A DNA stretch of 64,000 nt from Lytechinus pictus (Eukaryota): positions 14,386,001-14,450,000 of the forward strand of contig NC_087245.1 of assembly GCF_037042905.1 (NCBI RefSeq), read 5' to 3'. The notes under the pieces were generated by a model that saw nothing but the letters and a program-made list of their open reading frames with translations, had not been told where the DNA came from and made no database searches. Position 1 is the stretch's first letter. Each line of letters opens with the position of its first letter. Of this stretch, positions 49,899 through 61,969 are shown piece by piece. Position numbers and translations under genes: made by a program.

Positions 49899-51089
49899 CA
49901 ATATTAATAATAATGATAATAATGACAGTAATAAAGATTATGATCAAGATTATAGTGCTTTGATGACAGGAATAATTCTGACAGATCCGACTGCAATTTT
50001 CGCAACAATTTTCATACTTTAAACATAGCTAACTCTAAAGAACGATTTATAACAAGGTTGATTTCTATTCCATAAGGATTTTCCTTGTATTATTTTCTTT
50101 GGCCAACAATAATGTTTTAAGTCTTAATGATATTCTGTAAATATTTGGTAAACTTGAACACAGTCTTCAATTTTGTCATATCCAAATGGGCTATGTCAAT
50201 GGCATGATGAGCCAAAAATTTTGAGGGGCCAAGCATGGCATATAGAACAAAATTTCTGCCAAAAAAGTTGAAAGCGATTGAAGCGAGCGAGCGAACAAAA
50301 ATTTTCACCCTCTTGCTATATTAAAAGAAAAGCTAATTTTTTGATAGATTGTGACAATATGTGTAGAAAATAATATCACATTTACTCCACCTTTTCCTTT
50401 CCCTTTTCCCCCCTATTCTAAGTTTATTCTTGGTGGTGGAACTTCTTCTTCTCTCTCTTTTTTGGAGGGAGTTCTGATATATTTTTAAACAGACGAGGAG
50501 GAATGGGAAGAGAGAGAGAGAGGAGAACGGGAGAAACATGTAAGGGCGTAAGAAAGATAGTGGTGGCTGGTTAGGCAGAACATACTGCAAAATTAGTTAA
50601 TAATGATAGGCAGTATATCTTTTCTAAATTGTATACATTTTGTTTTGGGTCTAGTGTCTCCGATCGACAAAACAAAGGAAAAAATGTTTACTTCTTTTTA
50701 ATAATATGGTTCGACAGTGAATTTCATTTCTCTACAGTCATGACAGTTTCAAGGAAATAACGTATTTGTTTTTGTGTAAATATGGTTTCAAGAAATAATA
50801 ATTAATAAAAATAATAATATGTAATTAATAATTATTAATATTATTAATAATTATTAATAAATAATAATTAATTAAATGTTTCAAGAAATAATTAAGATCT
50901 ACCCCCCCCCCAAACTAAGGGTATGGGGTGCGCCCCGTTATTTTATATCCTTTTGAATATAACTTTATTTTGTTAGTATTCTTTATTCTGTTTTTTGAGG
51001 TAATATAGGTGTAGAAGATACAATAAATGAAAGTTGAGATTTAAAAGTGGTTGTAAGCAGAAAAAACCATGAAAACTGGCAAGAGTCCT

Positions 51090-52083
51090 AAAAATGTCTC
51101 ATTTTCAGGTCAGCATTTAAAAATTTCAGCTTGCGCTCTGTGCTCTCTTGCCCCCCTAAAAAAATTCCCTGTAGCAAAAAATGCCTCTTTTTCCAAAGTC
51201 GAAATTTTTTTTTTTTTCAAATGAAATTTTTCAAAAAAGAAATACCTTCTTTAATAGTAAACATAATACATTTTAGGCTCGAAAATCACAAATTTTGAAT
51301 CATGCTTACATCAATTATTATTTAGTACAGTACTAATCCTGTTCATGGTTACAAAAATGTATGTTGTTTTCTGGTTGGAATATCACAAATTTTTGGCTCG
51401 CTTTCTGCACTCGCATCAATTATTGTACTCATTCTATTCCCGTTTACACATAAAAAAATGCTTAGAATGTCCAGTTTTCAGGTTGGAATATCACAATTTT
51501 TTTTTAGCTCGCGCTTTGCGCTCGCATTACTTTGATTGGTGAGTTATGTATCCTATTTAAAATGCATTCCTTAAATGCTTCCTTTTCTGGTCAGTATATT
51601 AAAAATTTCAGCTCTCGCTTTGCGCTCGCATTATTTCTTTAGTTAGATACACATATTTTTCATGATTACAAAAACAGTTCAGGATATTTAATTTTCACTT
51701 TATTACACGACATGTCCAGAAGTTTGAGCTCATGGTTCGCGCTGGCAACATCACGCAACAGTGATTAAACAGTGATTAGCCCCATTATTGACCAAAAATC
51801 AAGTTTTTCAACTTCAGAATTGATTTTTTTTTCAAAACCGATTGTTCGCTACGCTTTCTCGCTGAGAGGTAAAACCTAAATCAAGATACCTATCTTATCA
51901 ATTAGAAATCACTTTAAAAGGCTTTGCTCCACTTAAACTACAAAACACACAACTACTTCACGCAGTTGATAATCTCATTTTGAAAATACATGTATCTGTT
52001 TGCACCAAAATGCCCATTTTTATATATAAGTGCCTTTTTGGCTTTGACCCCTCCCCAAATAAAAATAGGTTCTGCCACCCCTG
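51090..52083. mobile_element. Partial element of the GCGAAGC-motif MITE family
   Basis: Repeated gctcgcgctttgcgctcgcat motifs; ends in the hAT-like terminus gccacccctg; left end unclear. Confidence 0.55.
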
Positions 52084-54027
52084 TCTCAGGGAGTGAAGAA
52101 AAACATACTTTGAAAATGCCAGGATCAGATGACCGTGGTAATAATAAGCAATGTAAATCGCCTAGAAAAATTATGTATTAAATGTACAAAGGTCATTTGA
52201 CTTGAAGCTGAGGTATATTATTGCAAACATTTTAAAGATTATATTCTTGTAAGTTCGATTATTATCCTTAATTGTCAAAGATATTAATTGCTCTTTTCCA
52301 AAGTGGATGTTGCTTAGTATTAACTTTTGCTTGTCATAATGTAACTAGAAATCAGAAATTGTTTTATCATGTTTATGGAAATGGCATGAGGCTGAATATT
52401 CTTGATTGTTCTTGTGATATATCAGATATTTATAGTATAAAGGTGAAGCTTGTGTTTTGTTAGGGATAGGTAGATTTTATGCATTGGTATTTTATTATCT
52501 GTAGATGGCGTTGACGTTGATGTCGACAGTTTTAATGATGTCCATTGAGTGAAGGCGTTTCTCAAGCATAGAGGTGTAAACCCGATGTAAACTACAGTAT
52601 GATGTTAAGTCTACACTAGTCAAGTTGAGTCAGTCAAGGCGAACGTCGATGGACTTCGGCCATGTTAGACGGTCAACGAGTTGATTCCAATATTTCCAAG
52701 ATGTTCTTCAGATCAGGTTCCATATTTTAAAGAAATGAAGATATAGAAATAAAAGAACTTATGGACTTTAAGCAGTAACACAGTAAACTGTTTGGTTATA
52801 TTAAGATATATTGATCATTTATATAATGAATTGATCAGGAATAGTTAATGGTTGCATTACTAGATTGTATTGCAAGGTATGATCTCCGTTGGATTTGATG
52901 ATTGTTTTATATTGAATACTTTTCCATATTTTATGTTTTGAAGTAATGTAATTGTTGTTCCAAGGAACACTTGAACTTGAAGATTGAAATTAAATCTAAT
53001 TTCCTTAAAATATTGTCTCCATTGTTACTTTGTCTGAGTTCTGTATTTAAGAAGTCGCCACTGGACCAACACATAGGCGGATCCAGCTTTTGGCGAAAGG
53101 GGGGGGGGGCGCACTGCCGAGCGGCGCACATATTTTTGCACTTCACCGGCGCCATAAAAGAAAATGTTGAAAAAGGGGTAAAGTCTGACCCTGTCAAATG
53201 CTCTTTTCAAAATGTTGGATTTCCAGTCATGCAATTTTGCATGACCACACGCAGATAATATTTCCGGGGGGGGGGGCAAGACTCGAAAATTTGGTGCACA
53301 TCTCACATTTGCAAATTTTTCATAGTTTTCATGAAATGTTAAGGGAAAAAAAATTGTTTTTCACAACAGCAGATCGCGAATGTGCCCCCCCCCCTCCTTT
53401 CCCTTGCTGCGTACGACCATTCCCTGAAGTCCACTTAAACATATCTCATTATAACAGAAATATACATCAATTTAAACATATAATCTTTCTAAAACATATA
53501 TAGAGAGAGATTGAAAAACTTATTAAATAAAGAAACAAGCAAAAAGTAACACAAATTATGCATGTTATGTGCGATTTCAAAATCTCGTGTATTAACCCTT
53601 TTATTGCGATGAGGCCAATACTTTTGTATATTAATAGAGATACAAGTTTTTTTTTACTATATGTATATATATATATATACACAGGGGCGTCGATCCTTTT
53701 TTTAAGATTTGGGGGGCAAAATCATAAATCAATTCAATTCAATTCAATTCAATTCAATTATTTATTCAACCATCAAAAGGATAAAAACAGTACAATATAC
53801 AGTATTAACAAAGTATCAGAAAAAAAAAACAAATAGATGGTTCGGAGACCCCGGAGAAGCAATGCTTATAAAAGGGGTCACCACGATACATTAATACATT
53901 ACAAATGACAAAATTAAAGAGTAAAAATCCTAGATCAAAATTAAAAGAAACACTCCTGCAGCCAAAAAAAAAAAAAAAAGGGGGGGGGTGAAGCACTAAT
54001 GTAAGATGTGAGATCACATGCATTCGA

Positions 54028-56328
54028 TCAATAAACGGAAAATAACATTTTCCTGCATAAAGATCTAAATCTTGATAAAGTAGAACTATTTTTTATATCA
54101 TTTGGAATTTCATTCCATAGTTTGGGGAAGTAAGTCTTAAATGAATTAAAAGCAATGGATGTTCGAACGTGTGGAGGGCGTAGGCATTTGCTGTGACGGG
54201 TATTGTAAGAATGGATTTGAGAATTTGAAACAAAAATGTCACTGAAGAGAGGCGGTAAGATTTTGGCATTAAGCTTGTACATAAAAACTAGTGAATTTAA
54301 TGATATCAGATCTTTTAAAGTTAATAAATTTGATTGTAAAAGCAAAGGCTTTGTATGACTATTAAAAGGAGCATTTGAGATAAGTCTTATTGCTTTCTTT
54401 TGTAAAATTGTCAATTTATCCAAGTGTGTTTTGAATGTATGACCCCATACAATGTTACAGTAATTTAAGTGAGGAAGTATGATACTGTTATAAAGAGTAA
54501 TTAAAATTGAATGGGGAACAAAATGTCTAATTTTAGAAATAACTCCAATAGATCTTGAAACTTTGGTATAGATTGAATTGAGATGTGGTTTCCAAGAGAG
54601 GTGTTCATTAAAAATTACTCCTAAAAATTGAAAATGTTTTACTTGTTTTATATTATGTACACCAAGAAAAATATTTAGAGAATGAGGAGGGTCCCTCCTG
54701 CCTCGAGTTCGAAAAATGATATACTTTGTTTTGTCTAAATTTAAAAACAGTTTGTTGCAAACGAACCAATCATTTAATTTTCTTAATTCATTGTTTGCTG
54801 ATGAGACAAGATTATTTATTTTTTTATGAGATAATGTGACTGTTGTGTCATCAGCAAACAATGAAAAGTTTAGAATTGGGGAGCTATTAATTATATCATT
54901 AATGTAAACAAGAAACAGGAGGGGGCCCAACACAGAGCCCTGAGGAATTCCACAAGATATGTCTCTGTGTTGAGATTTGACACCATCAATCACCACATGT
55001 TGGTTTCTATTAAATAAATAATTAAGAAACCACTGAAGGGGAATTCCTCGAACTCCATAATATTCTAATTTTTTTAACAATATGTGGTGATCAATGGTGT
55101 CAAAAGCCTTAGACAGATCCATAAAGACACCAAGGCAAAAATTACCGTCATCTATTTCTTTTGAAATTATGTTAAATAAATTTAGGACACCAAGGTCAGT
55201 AGAAAAGTTCTTCCTAAATCCAAATTGTTGTGGTATTAAAACATGATTAACTGTTATTTTTTCTTCAGTTATAATACGTGACTTACAATGATGCAAATGA
55301 ATTGGAATAGACTTGGTGTCAGTAATATGAAAAATTGGAAAGTGATCCGAAAGATCAGAATAAATTATACCACACTTATTGTTCATATCAATACAGTTAG
55401 TAAAAATGTTATCTATTAACGTAGCAGAGTGCCTTGTCACACGTGTAGGTTTGTTAATAGATGGAAAAAGGCCACATGAAAAAAGAGTATTTAAGAATTC
55501 ATTTGTCTTGTTGTCAATGTTATAATTGATTAAGTTAATATTGAAATCACCTAATAGATAAATGTCCTTTTTTGAGTAGTTAATGTCAGTAAGAATATTT
55601 GAAAGTGTTTCGTTGAATAAAGTTATATCAGTATTGGGTACTCTGTAAATGCAACCAACTACAAGAGATTTCTTTTTTGGTTGATTAATTTCTACAAAAA
55701 CAGTATCACAGTGATCTTTACTTAATGATATCATATTGCACAAGTTATAATCAATGCCATCTCTTATATACAATGCTACTCCTCCTCCATTTCTACCAAC
55801 TCTATCAGTGTGAACAAGGGAATATCCATCAATATTATACATATCAATTGAAACATTATCACGAAACCATGTTTCAGAAATCCCGACAGCGGTAAATTTA
55901 TAATCTAGAGATTTCAGAAGAAGCTGTAAGTCGTCAAAATTACGAATAAGACTTCTGGAATTAACATGTAATAAAGAAAAGTTGTCACAAGTAGAATGAA
56001 ACTTAGGGATAAATTCATCAGAAAATACATATTTACAGGAAACATTGTTTGCATTGTTTACATTAAATGGAGATTGAAAGCTACTTATATCATTATAGTC
56101 ATTCTCAGATTCATTCAAAGTAAAAGGATTAATAGCCAAGGCATGAAAATTGTCCTCATCAATAGACTTATCTAAATGAAAGAAAGTAAAAATTGAGAAA
56201 ACAAATTCTTCATTGCTTAAATAATGGTTAAAAGGGAATAATATAGTATTGCAGGAATCACAAAATGCATTTTCATGATGAGATTGAGGTTTGGAACAGT
56301 TACTGCAGGTGAATAAATTACTAATCAT
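54028..56328 (-). CDS. LINE ORF2: N-terminal CxxC...CxxC, APE endonuclease and partial reverse transcriptase (766 aa)
   Basis: LHVNSRSL, GISETW, GDFNI, LIDNI, LSDHFP; QFGFRK, DLSKAFD, GIPQGSVLGP, FADDT; linker and RT subdomains 0-2 are absent. Confidence 0.92.
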   Translation of the reverse strand: MISNLFTCSNCSKPQSHHENAFCDSCNTILFPFNHYLSNEEFVFSIFTFFHLDKSIDEDNFHALAINPFTLNESENDYNDISSFQSPFNVNNANNVSCKYVFSDEFIPKFHSTCDNFSLLHVNSRSLIRNFDDLQLLLKSLDYKFTAVGISETWFRDNVSIDMYNIDGYSLVHTDRVGRNGGGVALYIRDGIDYNLCNMISLSKDHCDTVFVEINQPKKKSLVVGCIYRVPNTDITLFNETLSNILTDINYSKKDIYLLGDFNINLINYNIDNKTNEFLNTLFSCGLFPSINKPTRVTRHSATLIDNIFTNCIDMNNKCGIIYSDLSDHFPIFHITDTKSIPIHLHHCKSRIITEEKITVNHVLIPQQFGFRKNFSTDLGVLNLFNIISKEIDDGNFCLGVFMDLSKAFDTIDHHILLKKLEYYGVRGIPLQWFLNYLFNRNQHVVIDGVKSQHRDISCGIPQGSVLGPLLFLVYINDIINSSPILNFSLFADDTTVTLSHKKINNLVSSANNELRKLNDWFVCNKLFLNLDKTKYIIFRTRGRRDPPHSLNIFLGVHNIKQVKHFQFLGVIFNEHLSWKPHLNSIYTKVSRSIGVISKIRHFVPHSILITLYNSIILPHLNYCNIVWGHTFKTHLDKLTILQKKAIRLISNAPFNSHTKPLLLQSNLLTLKDLISLNSLVFMYKLNAKILPPLFSDIFVSNSQIHSYNTRHSKCLRPPHVRTSIAFNSFKTYFPKLWNEIPNDIKNSSTLSRFRSLCRKMLFSVY

Positions 56329-56567
56329 AAAAAGCGTTCAATAACAAGGAATACAAATACAATCAAGTACATGGGAAAGAAATACTCTATAGACAGAGAG
56401 AAAAAAAATTGAAATCGGGGGAGGGTGGGGAGCTGCAGAGAGTGTAAAAAAAAAAAAAAAAAAAAACTTAACAATCAAAGTACAACAAATCAATAACAGT
56501 TTTAGACTTCAACAGTAAAAACAGTGTAGTAAGCTTTAGAGGTGAGTCAATGCAGGCAAAGTTTGTT

Positions 56568-57365
56568 TCAAGTAAGCCTGGATAAGTGTGCGTTGAGTTC
56601 AATGAGCTGCTCAAGTTCAGTTTTGTTCTTTATCAGATGTTTCTTTTTAGTGGTACCATTTGACACAAGTACAAAGATTCGTCCATCCACTGACCAAGCA
56701 GTTTCCACTACCTTAGATGTCTTAGCAGCATGGAGAAGTTGTGCATTTTGAGCAGTCAGATCTTCCTGAATCGACTGCCCCTTTCCAGCGAGCTTCCGAC
56801 GTTGCCTAAGAATCATCTGGCGGGTCCTGTACGAGGCAAACTTGGCAATTATCTGTCGTGGAGGATGGGATCTTTCTGTGCTTTCAGCCACTCCAGATCT
56901 TGATGATTTAGTTCTTGAAGTAATCCTGTGGCTCCTCTCGATGTCGTTCCTCGCCAGCTGAACTCCAAGAACTTCAGAAGCGAGCTTCATGATGATGTCA
57001 TCTGTATCTTCTTGGGGAGACTCTTGAAAGCCAAAGAACCGAAGGCAATTTCTGCGAGAATATTGTTCCTGGGCATTGAAGTCATGTTGTAGCTTCTTGA
57101 TACTTGATTTCTGGGTTTCTATCAAGGATTTCATGTCGTTCATATCATGGGTGTATCGTTCGACTTTGACCTCAAGATCAAATAACCTTGACTCCTGTTT
57201 CTCTACCTCAGTACGTAGTTCAGATAGTTGTTTAGAAACCTGACTCTCAACAAGAGCAAGAAAAGTTTTATCCAACAAAATGTCTTTAATAACAGATGTC
57301 ACTAAACTCTGAGTGTTGGATTTTTCCTTGGAAGCCTGTCTAGTTCTAACGCTGGGAGATGTCAT
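56568..57365 (-). CDS. LINE ORF1, L1-ORF1-like (coiled coil plus RRM-type) nucleic-acid chaperone (265 aa)
   Basis: Heptad region followed by EQYSRRNCLRFFG, DIERSHRI, PRQIIAKF, IQEDLT, WSVDGRI; immediately upstream of ORF2. Confidence 0.88.
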   Translation of the reverse strand: MTSPSVRTRQASKEKSNTQSLVTSVIKDILLDKTFLALVESQVSKQLSELRTEVEKQESRLFDLEVKVERYTHDMNDMKSLIETQKSSIKKLQHDFNAQEQYSRRNCLRFFGFQESPQEDTDDIIMKLASEVLGVQLARNDIERSHRITSRTKSSRSGVAESTERSHPPRQIIAKFASYRTRQMILRQRRKLAGKGQSIQEDLTAQNAQLLHAAKTSKVVETAWSVDGRIFVLVSNGTTKKKHLIKNKTELEQLIELNAHLSRLT

Positions 57366-58879
57366 AGTTGATGGGTTAAACTACCAGTTCAAAGACTAGT
57401 TCAAAGACTAAGTTCGATCAAGGTTTAGTCTATAGTCTAGAGTAGTAGAGGTGAATAGACCATTCAATGAATACCAGACAGGTCAATAGGAGTCAACTGT
57501 ATAATGCAATCAATAACAATCAGGATTGAAGGAGTCATTTACTGCTCGAGTAGATATGAACGACTGAAAATCCAGGTCAGTCCTTTAGTGCTACATACAT
57601 TAGCTAGGTCTCTGTGTACACTTTAATCATAGCAAGACATTAAGGTAAGTACATGGGACCGTACCAAAAATGTGGAGAGCAATCCTGTGCACATAGCAGA
57701 CAAAGTTCACCAATATTTCTCAACGAATAAGCAATATAGTTACCTGCAAAGTCCCTCCTAGGTATTTATAATCCAGTTAAAATATCACATATTAGCAAAA
57801 TTACGGTAAGAAGTGTACAAAAGGTAAAATTTCCAAGAAAAATACACCCAGTAAACCCAGTTTAGTCCAGCAGTCCAGCAGTTTTCCAAAGGCGCTCGAT
57901 ATCACACAAAACAAACAAACTCACACAAACACACACACACATATGTATATATATATATATATATTTATATGACTCATGGGATAACACATATCTCACCAAC
58001 AAATTAATGCGAGCGCGAAGTGCGAGCTGAAATTTTTTAGTATACTGACCTGAAAACAGGAAAAAGGTGCCTGTTTAGGACTGTTTGTAGTAACTCATGA
58101 GGAGGATACATATCTCACTACACAGTTAATGCGAGTGCCGAGGGCGAGCTGAAATTTCTTTATATTCTGACCAGAAAGCTTGATATTCTATGCATTTTTG
58201 GTACCAATGATTAGGATGGGTATCTACAAAAAACAATAGATGCGAGCGCGAAGCGCGAGCTTAAAATTTTGATATTTCGATCTGAAAAAAAAATGACAGT
58301 TTAATGGACGTTTGTAATAAAGAACAAGATTATATCCAGCAAAAGGTTATTGCAAATCGAAGCGGGAGTTCTTTTGACGTTTAGTCCTGAAAAAGGAATA
58401 TTCTATTTACCTATTTAATCATGAAAAGTATGGGGTTTTGCTACAGAAATGATGCGAGCGCGAAGCGCGAGCTGAAAATTTTTATATTCCAATCTGAGAA
58501 TCTCAATATACGACTGGTTGCGTAATTATACACTCCCGGTACTAGCAATGGGTTTTAGCAAAGTTTTGGGCTAAAATATCGAATCATCTTCATAAAATAC
58601 TATAGTATCTGTCTTAAACTAAAGGCCATAGAGGTGGCACAATGTAGAATGTGTAAAGAAGAAAAGTGACTGACCTTCTTTTTATTAAAGCATTGGAAAA
58701 TAAGATCAAAATTAAAGGATTTGCTCTACGCTTTTGTATGATTCTGGGATTTTTAAAATAAATTAAAGATTTCATGACATCTGTCATTCTGTGGGCAACT
58801 GCCCCGCCCCAGTCCACTCTTTAAGGGCATGCGATAAGCTTTGTTATGACCATTCAACAATAAAATGTATAAACAGATG

Positions 58880-59655
58880 CCGCTGATCATTCTTGACCGG
58901 CGCCAATCTAGATTTGGTTGGCAATAGGCCCTTCTTCATTATTCTACCGGCGCCTATTTATTGGAACCAGGGGACGCTGATTATTCTTGACCGGCGCCGA
59001 TTTAGAACAAGTAGTGCTGATTATTTTTTACCGACGTCACGTAAGATTCAGGCAGCGGCAATTCATAATTGACTGGCGCCGATTTAGAACCAGGAGGCGC
59101 TGATTATTCTTGTTCGGCGCCGATTTAGATTTAGGTGGAGCTGATTTTTCTTGATCGGCGCCGGTTAAGACTCAGGCAGCGCCGATTTATAACCAGATGG
59201 CGCTGATTATTCTTGACCAGCCCCGATTTAGAAATAGGTGGCGCTGATTATCCTTGATCGGCGCCGGTTACGAACTCAGGCAGCGCCGATTTTTCTTTAC
59301 CGGCGCCGATTTATAACCAGATGGCGCCGTTTATTCTTGCCCGGCGCCGATTTAGATATAGGTGGAGCTGATTATTCTTGATCGGCGCCGGTTAAGACTC
59401 TGGCAGCGCCGAAAAAGAGATGGCGCTGATTATTCTTGTCCGGCCCCGATTTAGATTTAGGTGGCGCTGATTATCCTTGATCGGCGCCGGTTAAGAACTC
59501 AGGCAGCGTCGATTTTTCTGTACCGGCGCCGATTTATAACCAAATGGCGCTGATTATTCTTGTCCGGCGCCGATTTAGATTAAGGTGGCGCTGATTATTC
59601 TTGATTATCGCCAGTTAGATGCAGGCAGCGCACTGCTGATTATTTTTAACCGGCG
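58880..59655. repeat. GGCGCC-rich minisatellite with higher-order structure, subterminal to a GCGGATCC-type terminus (ends 59930)
   Basis: ~20-bp subunits paired into ~41-bp units; followed by a T-rich tract and cctggatccgccactg. Confidence 0.9.
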
Positions 59656-60299
59656 AAGTTGTTGGGAAAAGGGTAGTTAAAAGAAAAGATAAGGAAGATG
59701 ATGTGATTGTGCTTTGCTGGGGGATAGTCTTTCCTTACTGTTGCTAATATCATATCAGTGTATAATTTTTTTTAGCGGCGCCTTTTCTTTTCTTTCCTTT
59801 ATTTTTATTTTTTCAAGCAGCGCCTTTTCTTTCTTTTACTTTTTTTTTTTTTTTTGAGCGGCGCCTTCGGCGCCGCTCAAATATTAGGGGGGCGCGCGCC
59901 CCCTGCGCCACCCCCCTGGATCCGCCACTGCAACAGGTCATCACACCCTCCCCATGGCTGTGATACTATTAAACGTAATCATGATGTCATGATGACGCAA
60001 GTCTTCAAGAAATTAATCATATAATGCATATGCTTCAACTCGGTATCGACAGTTGAATGTTTAACTCCAGACTCAACGGGAAGCCAACCAGCTCTCAAGC
60101 AGATTATATAGTGGCTATAACACACACGTTGATAATTAATTATTTTGTCATCTAATATTACCAGCTTTGCAGGTAAGATTTGTAATGTTTATTTTATCTG
60201 ATATGACTACCTCGACATTGAAATATCACAGAGACATTCAGCTATCCTAGAATGTATTTTTGTTTTTACTTCTACAATTCTTCGTTTATTATCCACATT

Positions 60300-61805
60300 C
60301 ATAGGCGGATCCAGGGGGGGGGGGGGGGGCGAGGGGATCAAACAAAAAGAAGAAAAGGGGGAAAGAAAAAAAGAAGAGAAAAGAGACTGAGGAGAAAAAG
60401 AAGGAGAAACATAAGAGGAGGAGGACGAGTGAATAAAATAAGATGAGGGGGAAGACTTGGAAAATTATTTTTAAAAATATTTAATGTCACTATATCAAAT
60501 TTTCGCTTGCATTTCGCGCTCGCATTGCCTTTAAGGTGATTTACATATTATATTGCTCAATATAGAGCTGAAAATTCTTTGCATTAAAAATCTTTAAGTC
60601 AATATACAAAACACGATTCAACTCGGAAATTGAACTTTCATTATTTTGTTTGATTCACAAATTGATTTTTAAAAAGTGCTTTGTACAAATGTCTGTTTTA
60701 TGGTCTGAATATTATTTTTTTTTTTCATTTGATGTCATAATGTTCATAGAATGCCCAGGTCCTGTGTCAAAACTCAAGTAATAATAATGAAACATATCAG
60801 CTCTTTTTTAGCTGTGATCCATATCCACCTTACAATTTTCCTACAAAGTGCTTGATATGCAGAGCTTAAATTGACCCTTTTTCAGATCGGAATATCAAAT
60901 GTTTCAAGCTCGCGCTTCGCGCTCGCCTTATTGATTTTCATGATTAAAAAGGGTATTTAAAATGCCAAGGGTATTTAAAATGGCGCAGATAATCTACCAG
61001 ATTGAAGAGCGCCAACTAAACTCCAACACCAACCAACCAACCCAAGATTCTTGGTCGAAATCTGAAACGCGCGCGCATGTTTATTCAGATACGCAGCTTG
61101 TTCTCTATTTAAATCAGTATCAAGTTTCAGATCACAATATCCAAAAACAAATTCTGCTCGCGCTTTGCGCTCGCATTATAATATAAGAAGATTTTCCATT
61201 ACTTATCCTTTTCATGATTTACAATACATGAATAGAGTGTCCAATTCTTAGGTGTAAATCTCGAATTTTTCCGCTCGCGCTTCGCGCTCGCATCAATAAA
61301 ATGTTTAGCTATATACTCATTCTTTTTACGATTACAAAGAGTGTTCAGAATTTCAATTCTTCACGTAGAAATGTCAAAAATTTCAGCTCGCGCTTCGCGC
61401 ACGCATTGTTTGATTGTTGAAATACGTAACGTCTTCATGGCTACCTGCAAGCAGCCGTTAACAGATCCTTTTTTGATCAGATCAAAATGAATACAAAAAA
61501 TTCTGCTCGCGCTCGCAGTAATCATTTAGTTGGATACACATCTCGTTCAGGATCATAAACATTGCCCAGAATGTTTAAATTTTAGGACAAAATACATGAA
61601 ATGAAAAATATAGCTCGCACTATTCAAATAAGGCTTATGTCATCATTATATATTTATGTTGATTTATAAAAAAAAATTAGAAGTGACAATTAGGACTACC
61701 CCTTCAGATAAGAGAAACAAACACAAATTAACTTCGAGCGGCCGATCGGGGAAAATGTGGCTGAAAAATCCACCCCCCTGTTGGCGAAGGCTGGATCCGC
61801 CCCTG
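60300..61805. mobile_element. GCGGATCC-family non-autonomous DNA element (1.5 kb)
   Basis: Termini CATAGGCGGATCCAG / CTGGATCCGCCCCTG; flanking 6-bp repeat cacatt (60294-60299, 61806-61811). Confidence 0.85.
60970..61041 (+). mobile_element. Ultra-short 3'-end retro-insertion related to the I/Nimb LINE tail
   Basis: tggcgc..ataatct..agattgaagagcgcca matches 43012-43046; (CCAA)n tail; ccaag repeat on both sides. Confidence 0.7.
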
Positions 61806-61969
61806 CACATTTTACTATTTTTTTAAATGAAAAAGTAGGACCTTTGATGTTTTTATTCAGCATCGGGTTACATGATTCATTCGGATGGTTTAAGCATGAT
61901 ATAAAGCTGACTTCTAGCATCAATGTGTATATTTTGACCCCCTTCTTTTATTTGTAATTTTTCAACAGG

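Larger units (their letters stand above)
53733..57882 (-). mobile_element. CR1/L2-group LINE with both ends present (~4.15 kb) and internally deleted ORF2
   Basis: Boundaries defined by the interrupted MITE; ~500-bp 5' UTR, ORF1, ORF2, 3' UTR with AATAAA and (TTGAA)n tail. Confidence 0.9.
53682..58500. mobile_element. hAT-like element (inverted relative of 16483-17443) split by a LINE into 53682-53732 and 57883-58500
   Basis: caggggcgtcgatcc...aatcataaatcaa | ttccaaaggcgctcgat..cacacaaaacaaac is contiguous in the reverse complement of 17341-17443. Confidence 0.85.

Noticed and set aside
58880..59655. Repeat-spacer-like pattern suggesting CRISPR
   Set aside because: The apparent spacers themselves recur in a fixed order; it is a higher-order minisatellite.
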